Assembly (NCBI GenBank): GCA_020027215.1
Contig: JAHRAO010000006.1
Location: 1,939-65,938 of the forward strand
Origin: Gammaproteobacteria bacterium
GTDB taxonomy: Bacteria > Pseudomonadota > Gammaproteobacteria > JABABF01 > JAHRAO01
DNA length: 64,000 bases
Direction: 5' to 3'
The position numbers and the translations under genes were made by a program. Below are positions 1-9,658 of the stretch, piece by piece. Each line of letters begins with the position of its first letter. Position 1 is the first letter of the stretch. The notes under the pieces are model-generated. The model had not been told where the DNA came from and made no database searches. It was given only the letters and a program-made list of their open reading frames with translations.

Positions 1-2
1 GA

Positions 3-3000
3 GATGATGATATTGTTACCAACCTTCCGCTTCAAGAAAGATTAAAACTTGATTTTGGAATTTCATTGCCGGAAATAGATGATTCCTCAGAGTGGGCACC
101 CTCTGATTACTTTAGAAAAGTTCAGCAAACAATTGAAGGTAGAGATCGTTGGAACATTGATGATGACGGAATGCAACTTGGTTTCTTTTCATTTGCAAAG
201 TTGATGATGTTACACGATCTTGATCCGCATAATTGGGATGAACAATCTCTGTTAAAAAACCAACTCATCAGTGGATTATTAGCAGATGGTTTTTCTCCAG
301 AACCTCCCTTGTTTAAAGAGGACGATAAGCTTGATGATAAGTTGTCTCCTTCACAAATTCTTCATGTAGTAGATGCAGATCCCAGTCAAACCAAAGTCAT
401 AGAGGAAGTGCGTGCAGGACGTAATCTAGTTGTGCAGGGACCCCCTGGTACAGGAAAATCTCAGATAATTACTAATATCCTCGCTGCAGCAGCGCACGAT
501 AACAAGAAGGTTTTGTTCGTTGCTGAAAAGATGGCGGCACTTGAGGTTGTTTACAACCGAATGTGTAAAGTTGGATTAAAGGATTTGTGTTTGGAGTTGC
601 ATTCACGAAGTGCCAATAAGAAGGTTTTTTTTCAAGGTCTCGCAGAGACCATTTCAAATAGTCGAGGCGTGGAATCACCTGATCTCGACGCTGAAGAATT
701 GATTAAAGTACGTGACGAATTAAACAAAGTTTCGAACCTATTACACACACCACTACCCAACAGAAACTACACGCCCTATTCCGCTCTTACCAAACTAATT
801 GGATACGTTAGTAAAGATACCTGGGCACCACGTTTTGATGCAACTAACCTTGAATCTATTACAAGTGATCAAGAGTCTCTAATATTTGAAGCACTTCAGG
901 ACTATTTGGATATAGTTTTCGAATTTGGTTTCGGAAACGACAATCCATTTCGAGGAACGACAAACTTAGATCTACAACCAACTGACCTTCAGCGACTTTC
1001 GGACGAACTGGAGAATGCAATCGAAAACCTAAGTAGTTGGACTTCTTATCAGTCTGAGTTAGAACAGGAAATAAGTCCTGAGTCACTCCTGACTTTATCT
1101 AATGCCGACAGTTGTCGATCAATTTTTGAGCACTTACAACGAGCACCCGATAAGTCAACTCAATTCATCGCAATTGTTCTTGAAAATAAAGATATTGCAA
1201 GGTTTGAGGATGCTGTTAGTTGCGCGCAATCTTGGGTTTGTTTTAAGGAAGAAATATCTGGAACAGTTACCGGCAATATTTGGAAAAATGATATAGAACA
1301 TCTCAGGGAACCTATTGTTAAAGGTCTGAGTTCGTTGCTTTCGAGGATTTTTGGAAAATATCGATCTGCCAGCAAAGAGCTGGGGACATATCTAAAAGGG
1401 GACTTGCCAAAATCTGCCGTAGATAGATTGAAACTCGTCGATTCGATTATCGAAGGTAAGGCAAAGAAAAGTCTTTTCGATGAAGAAATCGAATTTCTAA
1501 AATTAAAATTAGGTGATGAGTGGCGGGCTAAAAGAACGCCTTTCGATGAAATAGCACGTGTACTTGAGTGGTTTCAGCAAACTTCAAAAGAAATCTTAGA
1601 ATTTTCTTCTGAGAAATTGAAGGGATTAATTGATAACGAGACTACTCGAACTTTTAGTACACAGGACTTTGAGGCACGCAAGTCATCTCTTCTTAAATCC
1701 TTGGGAAAGATACACCAGAGATTAGGTTTATCTGATCTTAATGAAGAATCCATGAAGGATCTTTCATTAACAGAATTGCAAACCCGAATGGAGGCAATGA
1801 CCCAGAATCCTGACGCATATTCTCTGTGGACTAGAACTATTTTTGCATCAAAAAGGTTAATAGAACTTGATTGTGAACCTTTATTAAAAATGATTACGGA
1901 AGATGCCTTAAAGTACGCACAAACTGAATTAGGTTACGCAATTGCAGAGACACGTTGGAACCACGCAAGATCAGTCAAACCAGAACTTAATAAACTTTCC
2001 AGATTAGATAGACATGCCTTGGTCAAGACTTTCACAAGCCTTGAACTGAGTCGAGTCAAACAAGTTAAAGAGGCGATTAAAGAAAGTCATCTAAGTCAGA
2101 TCCCTCAAGGGTCTGCAGGTGAGATGGGATTGATACGCGGTGAAATCGCCAAGAAGCGCAGACATCTTTCTATACGTCAGGTTATGACACGCGCTTCCGA
2201 GATGGTGCAGAGGATAAAACCGGTTTTCCTTATGAGTCCAATTTCTGTCGCTCAATATCTGCCTCCGGGAAAAGTCGAATTTGACTTGCTTGTAATTGAT
2301 GAAGCGAGTCAAGTTAAACCTGTGGATGCCTTTGGTTCTATTGCTCGCGCGAAACAAATCGTTGTTGTAGGCGATCAAAAACAATTACCTCCGACTTCAT
2401 TTTTTGATCGTCTTACTGATAACGCGCCTATCGATGGCGACGAGGAAGAAGAGATCGCCGCTGCGAAGGCGACAGAGATGGAGAGCATTCTATCTCTTTG
2501 CGAAGCAAGGGGATTGAACGAGAGGATGCTTGAATGGCACTACAGATCTCGAGATCCATCGCTTATTTCTGTTTCAAACGTAGAGTTCTATCGCAATCGT
2601 CTCATTCTCCCACCTTGTCCAACAGAATCAGACGACGCGTTTGGTCTTAAACTAGTAAAAGTCCCCGGTGTTTACTCAACTGCTTCCAAGGGAGGGGGCC
2701 GCCCAACCACTAACCGAATTGAAGCAGAGTATATAACGAATCGTTTATGTACTCTGGCAACTACAAGACCTCGTTTTTCAGTTGGAATTGTAACCTTTTC
2801 GAAATTACAGGCAGATATGGTAACCGAGGTTTTGGAATTGAGAAGACGTGAAGATGAAACCCTCGATCGGTTTCTGCGGGAAGACAAAATTGAAAATGTC
2901 TTTGTAAAGAATATAGAAAATGTTCAAGGAGACGAAAGAGACATCATCTTGATATCAGTGGGATATGGTCCTTACGAAGAAAACGGCAAGTTGCGCTCGA

Positions 3001-4148
3001 TGAAATTTGGACCAATCAACTTAGAAGGTGGAGAACGAAGACTAAATGTACTTTTTAGTCGTTCACGCGTGGCGTGTGAAGTTTTTACTTCCTTTGACCC
3101 TAGTGATATTGATGTTACCCGAACTTCAAACGAAGGTCCTGTCGTTCTCAAAAAATTCCTTGAGTTTGCCAAGACGGGGAAACTAAACGAAACCTATGTT
3201 TCGGAGGGTGATGCCGACTCCCCATTTGAAGAAGACGTTGCTGACGTGATTAGGGGTCTGAGATACGACGTTGATCATCAGGTGGGTACAGCAGGTTTCA
3301 AAATCGACTTGGGGGTCCAGGATCCTGCAAATCCCAACCATCATATTTTGGCAGTTGAGTGTGATGGGGCAACATACCATAGTGCGCTTTGGGCAAGAGA
3401 ACGGGATCGAATGAGACAGCAGGTCCTTGAAGGATTTGGTTGGCACTTCCATCGAATTTGGAGTACTGATTGGTTCTACCAAAGAGATAAAGAAGTTCAA
3501 CGACTACAAAAAGCATTGAAAGACGCAAAAATGCGTGACCTTGGTCATTCTATTAAGGGGGCAAATAAAGATATACCCATTAAAAAAGAATCGCAGGTTC
3601 CGAACCCAGAACTTAAGCGGTTTATCTTAGAGGAATCCTCTATCAACGTCCCTCTATATAAAAAAGCAAATGTTAGGGTTGGTACAAATTACGAACCTCA
3701 CGAGCGCCCAATTAATGATATGATAAATGTACTAAAAGAAATCATTGAAATTGAGGGTCCAATTCATATCAACGAGATTGCGAGACGATATGTAGCATCG
3801 CATGGAAAGTCCAGAGTAGGGTCACGAATTAGTGATCATGTAAAAAAATCACTCACGATAGCGAAACGTGATGGACATCTTGAGTGCTATGGACCTTTTT
3901 GGGCAACTGCAGATCAATTATCTAATGTTCCAATAAGAGACCGGAGCAAGGAGTCGGTTCCAACTACTAATGCGGAAAATATCTCTTACATGGAAATAAT
4001 TGCTTGTGCAAATCTTATTGAGAAGGATTCAGGGAAAGTTGATGAGGATGAATTAGTCCGAGTTATTGCTAAAACTCTTGGTTTTAAAAGAGCGGGACCT
4101 GATTTCCAAACACACGTGAAAAATTGTCTATCGACAATTAAACGCTAA
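3..4148 (+). CDS. Large SF1 (UPF1/DNA2-like) helicase with Vsr/MTES_1575-like nuclease and C-terminal DUF3320-like domain (DUF4011/Hhe-type architecture); 5' end outside the window
   Basis: The frame is open from position 3 (DDDIVTNLPLQERLKLDFGISLPEI), so TTG at 66 is not the true start. Helicase motifs: GPPGTGKS, DEASQ, GDQKQLPP, HYRS, ENVQGDERD, RRLNV. Nuclease segment: DSPFEEDV..IDLGV..AVECDGATYH..RDRMRQQVLE..GW..RIWSTDW. C-terminal IEGPIH..EIARR. Confidence 0.85.
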   Translation, partial: DDDIVTNLPLQERLKLDFGISLPEIDDSSEWAPSDYFRKVQQTIEGRDRWNIDDDGMQLGFFSFAKLMMLHDLDPHNWDEQSLLKNQLISGLLADGFSPEPPLFKEDDKLDDKLSPSQILHVVDADPSQTKVIEEVRAGRNLVVQGPPGTGKSQIITNILAAAAHDNKKVLFVAEKMAALEVVYNRMCKVGLKDLCLELHSRSANKKVFFQGLAETISNSRGVESPDLDAEELIKVRDELNKVSNLLHTPLPNRNYTPYSALTKLIGYVSKDTWAPRFDATNLESITSDQESLIFEALQDYLDIVFEFGFGNDNPFRGTTNLDLQPTDLQRLSDELENAIENLSSWTSYQSELEQEISPESLLTLSNADSCRSIFEHLQRAPDKSTQFIAIVLENKDIARFEDAVSCAQSWVCFKEEISGTVTGNIWKNDIEHLREPIVKGLSSLLSRIFGKYRSASKELGTYLKGDLPKSAVDRLKLVDSIIEGKAKKSLFDEEIEFLKLKLGDEWRAKRTPFDEIARVLEWFQQTSKEILEFSSEKLKGLIDNETTRTFSTQDFEARKSSLLKSLGKIHQRLGLSDLNEESMKDLSLTELQTRMEAMTQNPDAYSLWTRTIFASKRLIELDCEPLLKMITEDALKYAQTELGYAIAETRWNHARSVKPELNKLSRLDRHALVKTFTSLELSRVKQVKEAIKESHLSQIPQGSAGEMGLIRGEIAKKRRHLSIRQVMTRASEMVQRIKPVFLMSPISVAQYLPPGKVEFDLLVIDEASQVKPVDAFGSIARAKQIVVVGDQKQLPPTSFFDRLTDNAPIDGDEEEEIAAAKATEMESILSLCEARGLNERMLEWHYRSRDPSLISVSNVEFYRNRLILPPCPTESDDAFGLKLVKVPGVYSTASKGGGRPTTNRIEAEYITNRLCTLATTRPRFSVGIVTFSKLQADMVTEVLELRRREDETLDRFLREDKIENVFVKNIENVQGDERDIILISVGYGPYEENGKLRSMKFGPINLEGGERRLNVLFSRSRVACEVFTSFDPSDIDVTRTSNEGPVVLKKFLEFAKTGKLNETYVSEGDADSPFEEDVADVIRGLRYDVDHQVGTAGFKIDLGVQDPANPNHHILAVECDGATYHSALWARERDRMRQQVLEGFGWHFHRIWSTDWFYQRDKEVQRLQKALKDAKMRDLGHSIKGANKDIPIKKESQVPNPELKRFILEESSINVPLYKKANVRVGTNYEPHERPINDMINVLKEIIEIEGPIHINEIARRYVASHGKSRVGSRISDHVKKSLTIAKRDGHLECYGPFWATADQLSNVPIRDRSKESVPTTNAENISYMEIIACANLIEKDSGKVDEDELVRVIAKTLGFKRAGPDFQTHVKNCLSTIKR

Positions 4149-4165
4149 TTCAACGGTTACTTACT

Positions 4166-5125
4166 ATGCAACTTTTTCAAAACGATAAAAGAGTACTTAC
4201 TCCTATTGAGAAAGACTCCTTCAAACTCGAGAAGGATATTCAGTCTCTTATTGAGTCAAACATGGAGACACTTTTCGGACTTGAATTTGTGAGTTCAGAA
4301 TTTGCTGTTGCCGAGTTCCGCCTCGATTCGTTAGCATACGATGAACAAAATAATTCATTTGTGATTGTTGAGTACAAGAAAGGATACAGTTATTCGGTTG
4401 TTGATCAAGGTTATTCGTATCTGTCAGTGATGCTGAATAACAAAGCGGATTTTATCCTTGAGTACAACGAAAAAACGGGTAAGCAGTTAAAACGTAACGA
4501 TATTGACTGGACTTCCTCTCGAGTGATCTTTGTATCGCCATCTTTCAACACCCACCAGAAGAATAGTGTGAACTTTAAGGATGTCCCCTTCGAACTTTGG
4601 GAGATAAGGAAGTTTGAAGGAGGTCTAGTTGCCTTGGAACAACAGGTTTCCAACTCAACTGAGAGCATCGAAAAAATCTCAGGAACCAACCCAAACTCTG
4701 TGATCAAGAAGGTTGCAAGTGAAGTTAAGGTTCCTTCAGAAGCACAACTGACGTCTGGTTTGTCCCCTGATCTTGCGGAAGTTTGGGAAGCGTTCAAGTC
4801 ACAATTGCTGGAACTGCCCAATACCTCAATACACACGACACAGAACTACGTGGCGATAAAATACGAAGGCACTGCATTTATTTACGTGAGATTCCGGAAG
4901 AAGGAACTCTCTTGCCAAATAGTTCAAGGAAATGTCTATGCGGATGGCAAGGTAAGCACGAAGTTCTTTGATGAGCTTGATGATCCCAAGAGTGTCACTG
5001 GTGTTCGTTATTGGACTTTGAGGTCCGGAGTCAAAGGCAGCTTCTACACCTTCCCCATCAAGTCACTAGACGAATTGGACTACAGAATGTATCTGGTCAA
5101 ACAAAAGTATGAACACATGAGTTAA
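4166..5125 (+). CDS. NucS/EndoMS-like PD-(D/E)xK nuclease-fold protein with DUF5655-like C-terminal domain
   Basis: LEKDIQ..E..RLDSLAYD..VIVEYKK fits the E..D..ExK restriction-like active site. The C-terminal segment (TQNYVAIK..FIYV) resembles DUF5655. Starts 17 bp after the helicase stop. Confidence 0.65.
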   Translation: MQLFQNDKRVLTPIEKDSFKLEKDIQSLIESNMETLFGLEFVSSEFAVAEFRLDSLAYDEQNNSFVIVEYKKGYSYSVVDQGYSYLSVMLNNKADFILEYNEKTGKQLKRNDIDWTSSRVIFVSPSFNTHQKNSVNFKDVPFELWEIRKFEGGLVALEQQVSNSTESIEKISGTNPNSVIKKVASEVKVPSEAQLTSGLSPDLAEVWEAFKSQLLELPNTSIHTTQNYVAIKYEGTAFIYVRFRKKELSCQIVQGNVYADGKVSTKFFDELDDPKSVTGVRYWTLRSGVKGSFYTFPIKSLDELDYRMYLVKQKYEHMS

Positions 5126-5136
5126 CAAAGAGATCA

Positions 5137-5510
5137 ATGACCACCAAAGACATTATCAACGATAAACTGAACCAACTCGAACAATCACTAATTAACCAAG
5201 ACCACTTGAACAACCCCATCGAGTTCCTGACCCAACTTGCATCACCCTCAAAGTACTTTCATCTGATGTCTGATGAAGATGTAAATCGGTTCTGTGAAGT
5301 TTTCTATGCCCCAAAACGAGACGAAGGAATGGTAATAACGCCGAAGACAACAAACGGAACTTCTTCAAACAACAATTTGAAGGAATGATGATCGACTACA
5401 TCAATGAAAGGTTCGATTTCTACAAGAAGATGGACGATAACCCGTCAATGAAGAATCTAATCTTCCAAATGATGTATAAGGATTATCAGAGTCAGAGGGT
5501 CCAACCTTGA
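5137..5510 (+). pseudogene. Chimeric scar: small hypothetical N-terminus joined to fragments resembling the C-terminal region of type I restriction subunit R
   Basis: ORF 5137-5388 changes character at DEDVNRFCEVFY. A second frame (5331-5510) reads GNNAEDNKRNFFKQQFEGMMIDYINERFDFYKKMDDNPSMKNLIFQMMYKDY..*, similar to HsdR C-termini as recalled. Its TGA overlaps the TTG start of the next gene (TTGA). Confidence 0.45.
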
Positions 5511-6124
5511 ACGAGATAGTCTACATACTCACAAACCCCGTCATACCCGATCTTGTAAAAATAGGGACAACTACAAATCTTGAAGAACGAGTAAGACATC
5601 TATCATCACATTCAGGTGTCCCTGTCCCATTCGAGGTCTACTATGCTTGTGTTGTCTCCGATTCATCAAAGGTGGAAAAACGCATCCATGATGCTTTTGG
5701 AGACCATAGAGTAAATTCGAAGAGAGAGTTTTTTAGGATCAATCCAGAACGAGTTTTATCAATACTTAAGTTAGTTGAAATTCAGAATGTCACTCCAAAC
5801 AGTGATTTTGTTGAAGACCAAGATGAACAACAATCTCTGAATAAAGAAAGAGGAAGAAGAAGATCAAACTTCACGTTTTCGTCGGTTGGAATTCCAGTCG
5901 GTTCAATACTTCATTTTGTTCGTGATGAGAATGTGACTGTCAAAGTCGTTGATGATCGAAATGTTGAGTTTGAAGGTGAAGTTACATCTCTAACACAATC
6001 ATCATTGATTTTACTTAATCAAAAGTATGGGTGGAATTCATCATCAGTCGCTGGTCCTTGTTATTGGGTGTTCGAGAATGAAACCCTGTCTGAGAGACGA
6101 TTAAGGTTAGAAAGTGAAAATTAG
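5507..6124 (+). CDS. T5orf172/MUG113 (GIY-YIG superfamily) protein with C-terminal putative DNA-binding (RAMA-like) domain
   Basis: IVYILTNP..LVKIGTT..LEERVRHL..SGVPVPFEV..EKRIH..REFF is the T5orf172 signature. The C-terminal FTFSSVGIPVGSIL..GPCYW segment forms a second domain. Confidence 0.8.
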   Translation: MNEIVYILTNPVIPDLVKIGTTTNLEERVRHLSSHSGVPVPFEVYYACVVSDSSKVEKRIHDAFGDHRVNSKREFFRINPERVLSILKLVEIQNVTPNSDFVEDQDEQQSLNKERGRRRSNFTFSSVGIPVGSILHFVRDENVTVKVVDDRNVEFEGEVTSLTQSSLILLNQKYGWNSSSVAGPCYWVFENETLSERRLRLESEN

Positions 6125-6160
6125 ACCGTAACAAAAATACAGATGAAGACCGTGATTACA

Positions 6161-6979
6161 TTCACTACCAGTTGTACCGGGATTGCCTTGTGGGCCTTGT
6201 TGTCCGTCTGCCCCTGTGGGTCCCTGTATGCCTTGGAGACCATGAGGTCCCTGCTCACCGCGTTCCCCTTACGGATCCGCAACACCTCGCTCACCTTGTG
6301 CTCCATCAGCACTGGCAGGCCCACTGCGATCTGATAATTGATAAAATGTCAACCCCACCTTATTAAATGCCAAGTTTCAAAAGCGTGCGGTTGTACGTGG
6401 ATTTTCGCCCAGCACCGAATATGCGCGTAGCACCAATGAAATTGTGTAAGGAACAGCAGATGCCAGTAATGAACCGCCGATGGAATCTGCAGTCAATACC
6501 ACATCGCTTGCGAAAGCAGTCATATTGAAACTATCTTGCCCGTCCGTGAATACTTCGGTTCTATGCGCCCTCGCATCTGTGGTCAAATCTGGAATATTAG
6601 AGTTAATGTCTGAGAAATGATGAATGACGCGTAGTCGCGCTTCGTAAATTGCATTGACTGCCGCTTCAAATAAAACGGTTCCTTCTGGTCGGGTCGCAAA
6701 ATTACGGTGTGCCAATAATCTTCCAGTGGGCACTGTTTTTGGAACCAAAGGAATAACATAATCATCTGCCGCCAGTATAGATCCCGAAGTGCTAGCAGGA
6801 CTAGCGATATCTTTGTGCTGGCTAAAGAAATGATACGGGTTTGCGTCCTGTGTCTCTCTATAGTCACAACCATCAGCCCCTTGGGGTCCCGTATGGCCTT
6901 GCAGGCCTTGTGGATCTGGCGGCCCTTGTGCCACCGTCACCACACTAATTGTGCTGTCTGCTACCACTACTTGTGTCAT
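6161..6979 (-). pseudogene. Collagen-like (Gly-X-Y) phage fibre gene interrupted by TGA (6377-6379) and TAA (6269-6271), truncated at its 3' end
   Basis: N-terminal QGPPDPQGLQGHTGPQGADG. Reading through the stop in the same frame gives ..TARF*NLAFNKVGLTFYQLSDRSGPASADGAQGERGVADP*GERGEQGPHGLQGIQGPTGADGQQGPQGNPGTTGSE. Confidence 0.75.
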
Positions 6980-7326
6980 CGGGTCACCTCTCCACTTACC
7001 ATGATGTTGCCTTCTAGCAACCGCGTGACCGTCCCATTGTCATCTACTTCAAGGTCATATACATATGTGCCTGGGATAAGCATCTGTGTGTCTGCCGCAC
7101 TGATGGTAATCGTTGCCGATCCATCATTATTGATCATGATGCCACCCGGTGGATTAACAGATGATAACGACAGGATGATCTGTGTATCGCGCTTCGCTAC
7201 CCTCGCCTGCATACGCACAGATTTTCCTGTAAAAGTGATCGCCACACTATCGGCGGTGCGCCAGCGAAGGACGCGCGAAAAAGTTGCGCCTTGTTCAATC
7301 AATAAATTAAGATTGCCCGCGGCCAT
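6976..7326 (-). CDS. Phage structural beta-sandwich protein (BppU-N/LtfC-like fibre adaptor)
   Basis: NLLIEQGATFS..TGKSVRMQAR..TITISAADT..YVYDLEV..RLLEG..V..EVTR, a common phage structural pattern. ATGA overlap with the fibre gene. Confidence 0.6.
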   Translation of the reverse strand: MAAGNLNLLIEQGATFSRVLRWRTADSVAITFTGKSVRMQARVAKRDTQIILSLSSVNPPGGIMINNDGSATITISAADTQMLIPGTYVYDLEVDDNGTVTRLLEGNIMVSGEVTR

Positions 7327-7748
7327 TAAACATTACGCACCCAAAATGGCACATCGTAACTCAACCGCCAAAAATAAATCCCTCCGCTAATATCTTGCAA
7401 AGTACCGTTACTGGCGGTTACAGGTCCCACCGCATCAGTTGGTTGCCAGCCAACCAAGGCGTTATCAATTTTAGTGATAAACGCTTCAATGGCTTCGGCC
7501 GCACTCCCGCCGCGACGGTCGGACAAACTTTTTACAGCAATGGTCACCATCACTTCTCGTGTATCGCGCTGTAACACCTGTTCAGTTGCATATTGGTTGG
7601 CTTCCATCGTACGCCCCGTGGGAATAACAAAGATCGCGGGAAGTGCACTGGGGTACTTTAGCACCCGATCAAACTCCAATGCCGAATGCACCGATTTGAT
7701 ACCATCCACTTGTTTTTTCAATCTGTCTAACCACTGCCTAATATCCAT
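7326..7748 (-). CDS. Mu gp37-like neck/tail-terminator protein
   Basis: LPAIFVIP..ALVGWQP pattern, 140 aa, located directly after the gp36-like gene. Confidence 0.65.
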   Translation of the reverse strand: MDIRQWLDRLKKQVDGIKSVHSALEFDRVLKYPSALPAIFVIPTGRTMEANQYATEQVLQRDTREVMVTIAVKSLSDRRGGSAAEAIEAFITKIDNALVGWQPTDAVGPVTASNGTLQDISGGIYFWRLSYDVPFWVRNV

Positions 7749-8251
7749 TAAAAACCACTGAGTGAAGGGCGATTAAATACACTCTGCTCACTGCGCACAT
7801 CGGCCTCCTGCCCGCCGGTAATCGTTTTCCCATCGCTGCCAATCTCAGCGGCACTAATTTTGCCCATCCCAACATCGCGCAAGAACTGCACCGACATCTT
7901 GTAAATATTTGTTTGGTAATCTGTCATATCCACCACAGACAACCCAAGCAGGTGATAAGTCACAATACGCATCACATGGATATTCTTTTGAGCATCCACT
8001 AATGCACGCCCTTGCAGATAGCCATCTGCTTCGTTGATCGCATTGGTGATTAGCGTATTGAGCTTACTTTGCCCCGCATGCGCCGCAGCCAAATCAATAG
8101 CCGTCAAATCATTCGCTGAAACCGTGCCATTGATAAGCTCTATAAAATCATCGCTGGAAAGATTTTCTCCGCCATTTTTTATCAGTGCGTCTTTGAATTC
8201 ATCCGCGGAGAGATCAACCGACGCAATATAATTCGTTGCCGTAACCGCCAC
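7748..8251 (-). CDS. Mu gp36-like (DUF1320) head-tail connector
   Basis: AINEADGYL..YHL..YKMSVQFLRDVGMGKIS..VFNRPSLSGF matches the Mu gp36 pattern. GTG at 8251 is preceded by GGAGG (the ORF track start is 8293). Confidence 0.7.
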   Translation of the reverse strand: MAVTATNYIASVDLSADEFKDALIKNGGENLSSDDFIELINGTVSANDLTAIDLAAAHAGQSKLNTLITNAINEADGYLQGRALVDAQKNIHVMRIVTYHLLGLSVVDMTDYQTNIYKMSVQFLRDVGMGKISAAEIGSDGKTITGGQEADVRSEQSVFNRPSLSGF

Positions 8252-8332
8252 ACTTTTACCCTCCGCAAAAGCTGTAAGGTTTCGCCACGCCAAAGCGCAA
8301 GCGAGACCCTATGCTACGGCAATTGTTGATTG

Positions 8333-9223
8333 TTAAGATAGCCAATTGGTAATGAGCAGATCTACTGCTTGATAGTTAATATTGCTTTCTCCACCGCTCA
8401 CATACTCCTTTTGCAACACTTCTTTCGCCTCACTGCGAAGTGAAGGCGGCACGACTAATATGCTTGGCATAATACCCAAGGGGTTGCCTGCATCCGATTT
8501 GAACGACACCATCGTTTCCATCGCAGCGTTAAAGTTAGCCGCATCTAGCGTTTGATTGCTGGCGTAGGCCTGCTGCCAAAATCCAAACCCTGCATTGCAC
8601 CGTCCATTGACGCCATACCGATATTCATCACGCATGAATACGCCTTCATCGTGCAAGTCCATCAGCGTGGTCAATTCGTATGGACGGCGTTCCTGTAGAA
8701 TAAGTGGCTTGATAGCACGCATGGCATCCAGCAGATACCAATACGCACCCGATCCGTCACTATCCACATTGCTCGTATCCGTTTTTTTATTGCGCCCGAC
8801 TGGATGGTTAGTGGCAAAAAACGGTTTACCGTCATAACATTTGTCTGTCCTCCCGCGCGCCAATAAACGAAACACCAACTGATCAGGATGCCGTTTTGCG
8901 CTGAATCCCAACTCCTGCATCAAAGGCATATACACCGAATATTGATCGTTCTCAATATCATCGCGAGAAACGCCGATCGTCTACTCAAACTTCTTGTTTT
9001 CAATCGTATAGTTGTGTTGGGTGATATCGCGTAAAACACGCTCACCAACCCATTCTTGCAACTGCGGAAATTGACCTAACCAATTGTAAGATTGCGTTTT
9101 GGTGCTTGATGGCATCTTAGTCGCTACCTTATCGTGATCACTTGGCGTATCACGAAACATTTGGTTGTAGGCAGTTGTGAATGCGGTTTTTAATCCACTA
9201 AGATTTTGTTGGTTGATAATCAT
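8333..9223 (-). pseudogene. Mu-like major capsid protein T with a single in-frame TAG at 8981-8983
   Basis: YNWLGQFPQLQEWVGER, HPDQLVF..CYDGKPFF..HPV, KPLILQER, RCNAGFGFWQ. The two ORFs join in frame: ENKKFE*TIGVSRDDIENDQYSVYMPL. Confidence 0.9.
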
Positions 9224-9238
9224 AATTTTGCTCCTCAG

Positions 9239-9643
9239 TTAAATAATTTGTACCCAAACGCCGTCACTGTCCACCTGCACAATTTTACCCGCGACACTAC
9301 TGCCAGTGGCGAGTGTGTCAACGGTTTGATCATCTACGATGTAGCAGTTATCACCAATATCTGTGCGTTCAACGATGTTTGCGCCGGTCACATTATCAAG
9401 CTTAAAAACACCGCGACGAACCGTAACTGTAATAGCATCATTCACTCCACCTGTGTTATTTACTTGATTTTGGGCAATGCCAACCGTAACCTTATTCGCA
9501 GAATCAGTTGCACTTTCGGCATAACCCGCCGCATTCAGTACGACTAGTGAGCCTGCATAAATCGTCTGCCCAGCAGCAACACCGTGGGCAAATGTATCGC
9601 CCTCACGGTAATCGGTATATCTATCTTGTGTTAATGTAACCAT
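9239..9643 (-). CDS. Mu-like capsid cement/decoration protein
   Basis: IYAGSLV..GYA..VRRGVF..DIGDNCYIVDDQTV..AGKIVQVDSDGVWV; lies between the protease and capsid genes as in many Mu-like phages. Confidence 0.7.
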   Translation of the reverse strand: MVTLTQDRYTDYREGDTFAHGVAAGQTIYAGSLVVLNAAGYAESATDSANKVTVGIAQNQVNNTGGVNDAITVTVRRGVFKLDNVTGANIVERTDIGDNCYIVDDQTVDTLATGSSVAGKIVQVDSDGVWVQII

Positions 9644-9658
9644 CTCTACTCCTCCAAT

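Noticed and set aside
6170-6930. Similar DNA at ~6210-6250 and ~6876-6930 as a DGR template/variable repeat pair
   Set aside because: The similarity is explained by Gly-X-Y codons, mismatches are not adenine-specific, and there is no reverse transcriptase.
6121-7390. ORFs 6121-6324(-), 6143-6334(+), 6172-6366(+), 6815-7390(+) and the many other short antisense or overlapping ORFs in the track
   Set aside because: Shadow frames of better-supported genes or of the collagen pseudogene, with no motifs or RBS.
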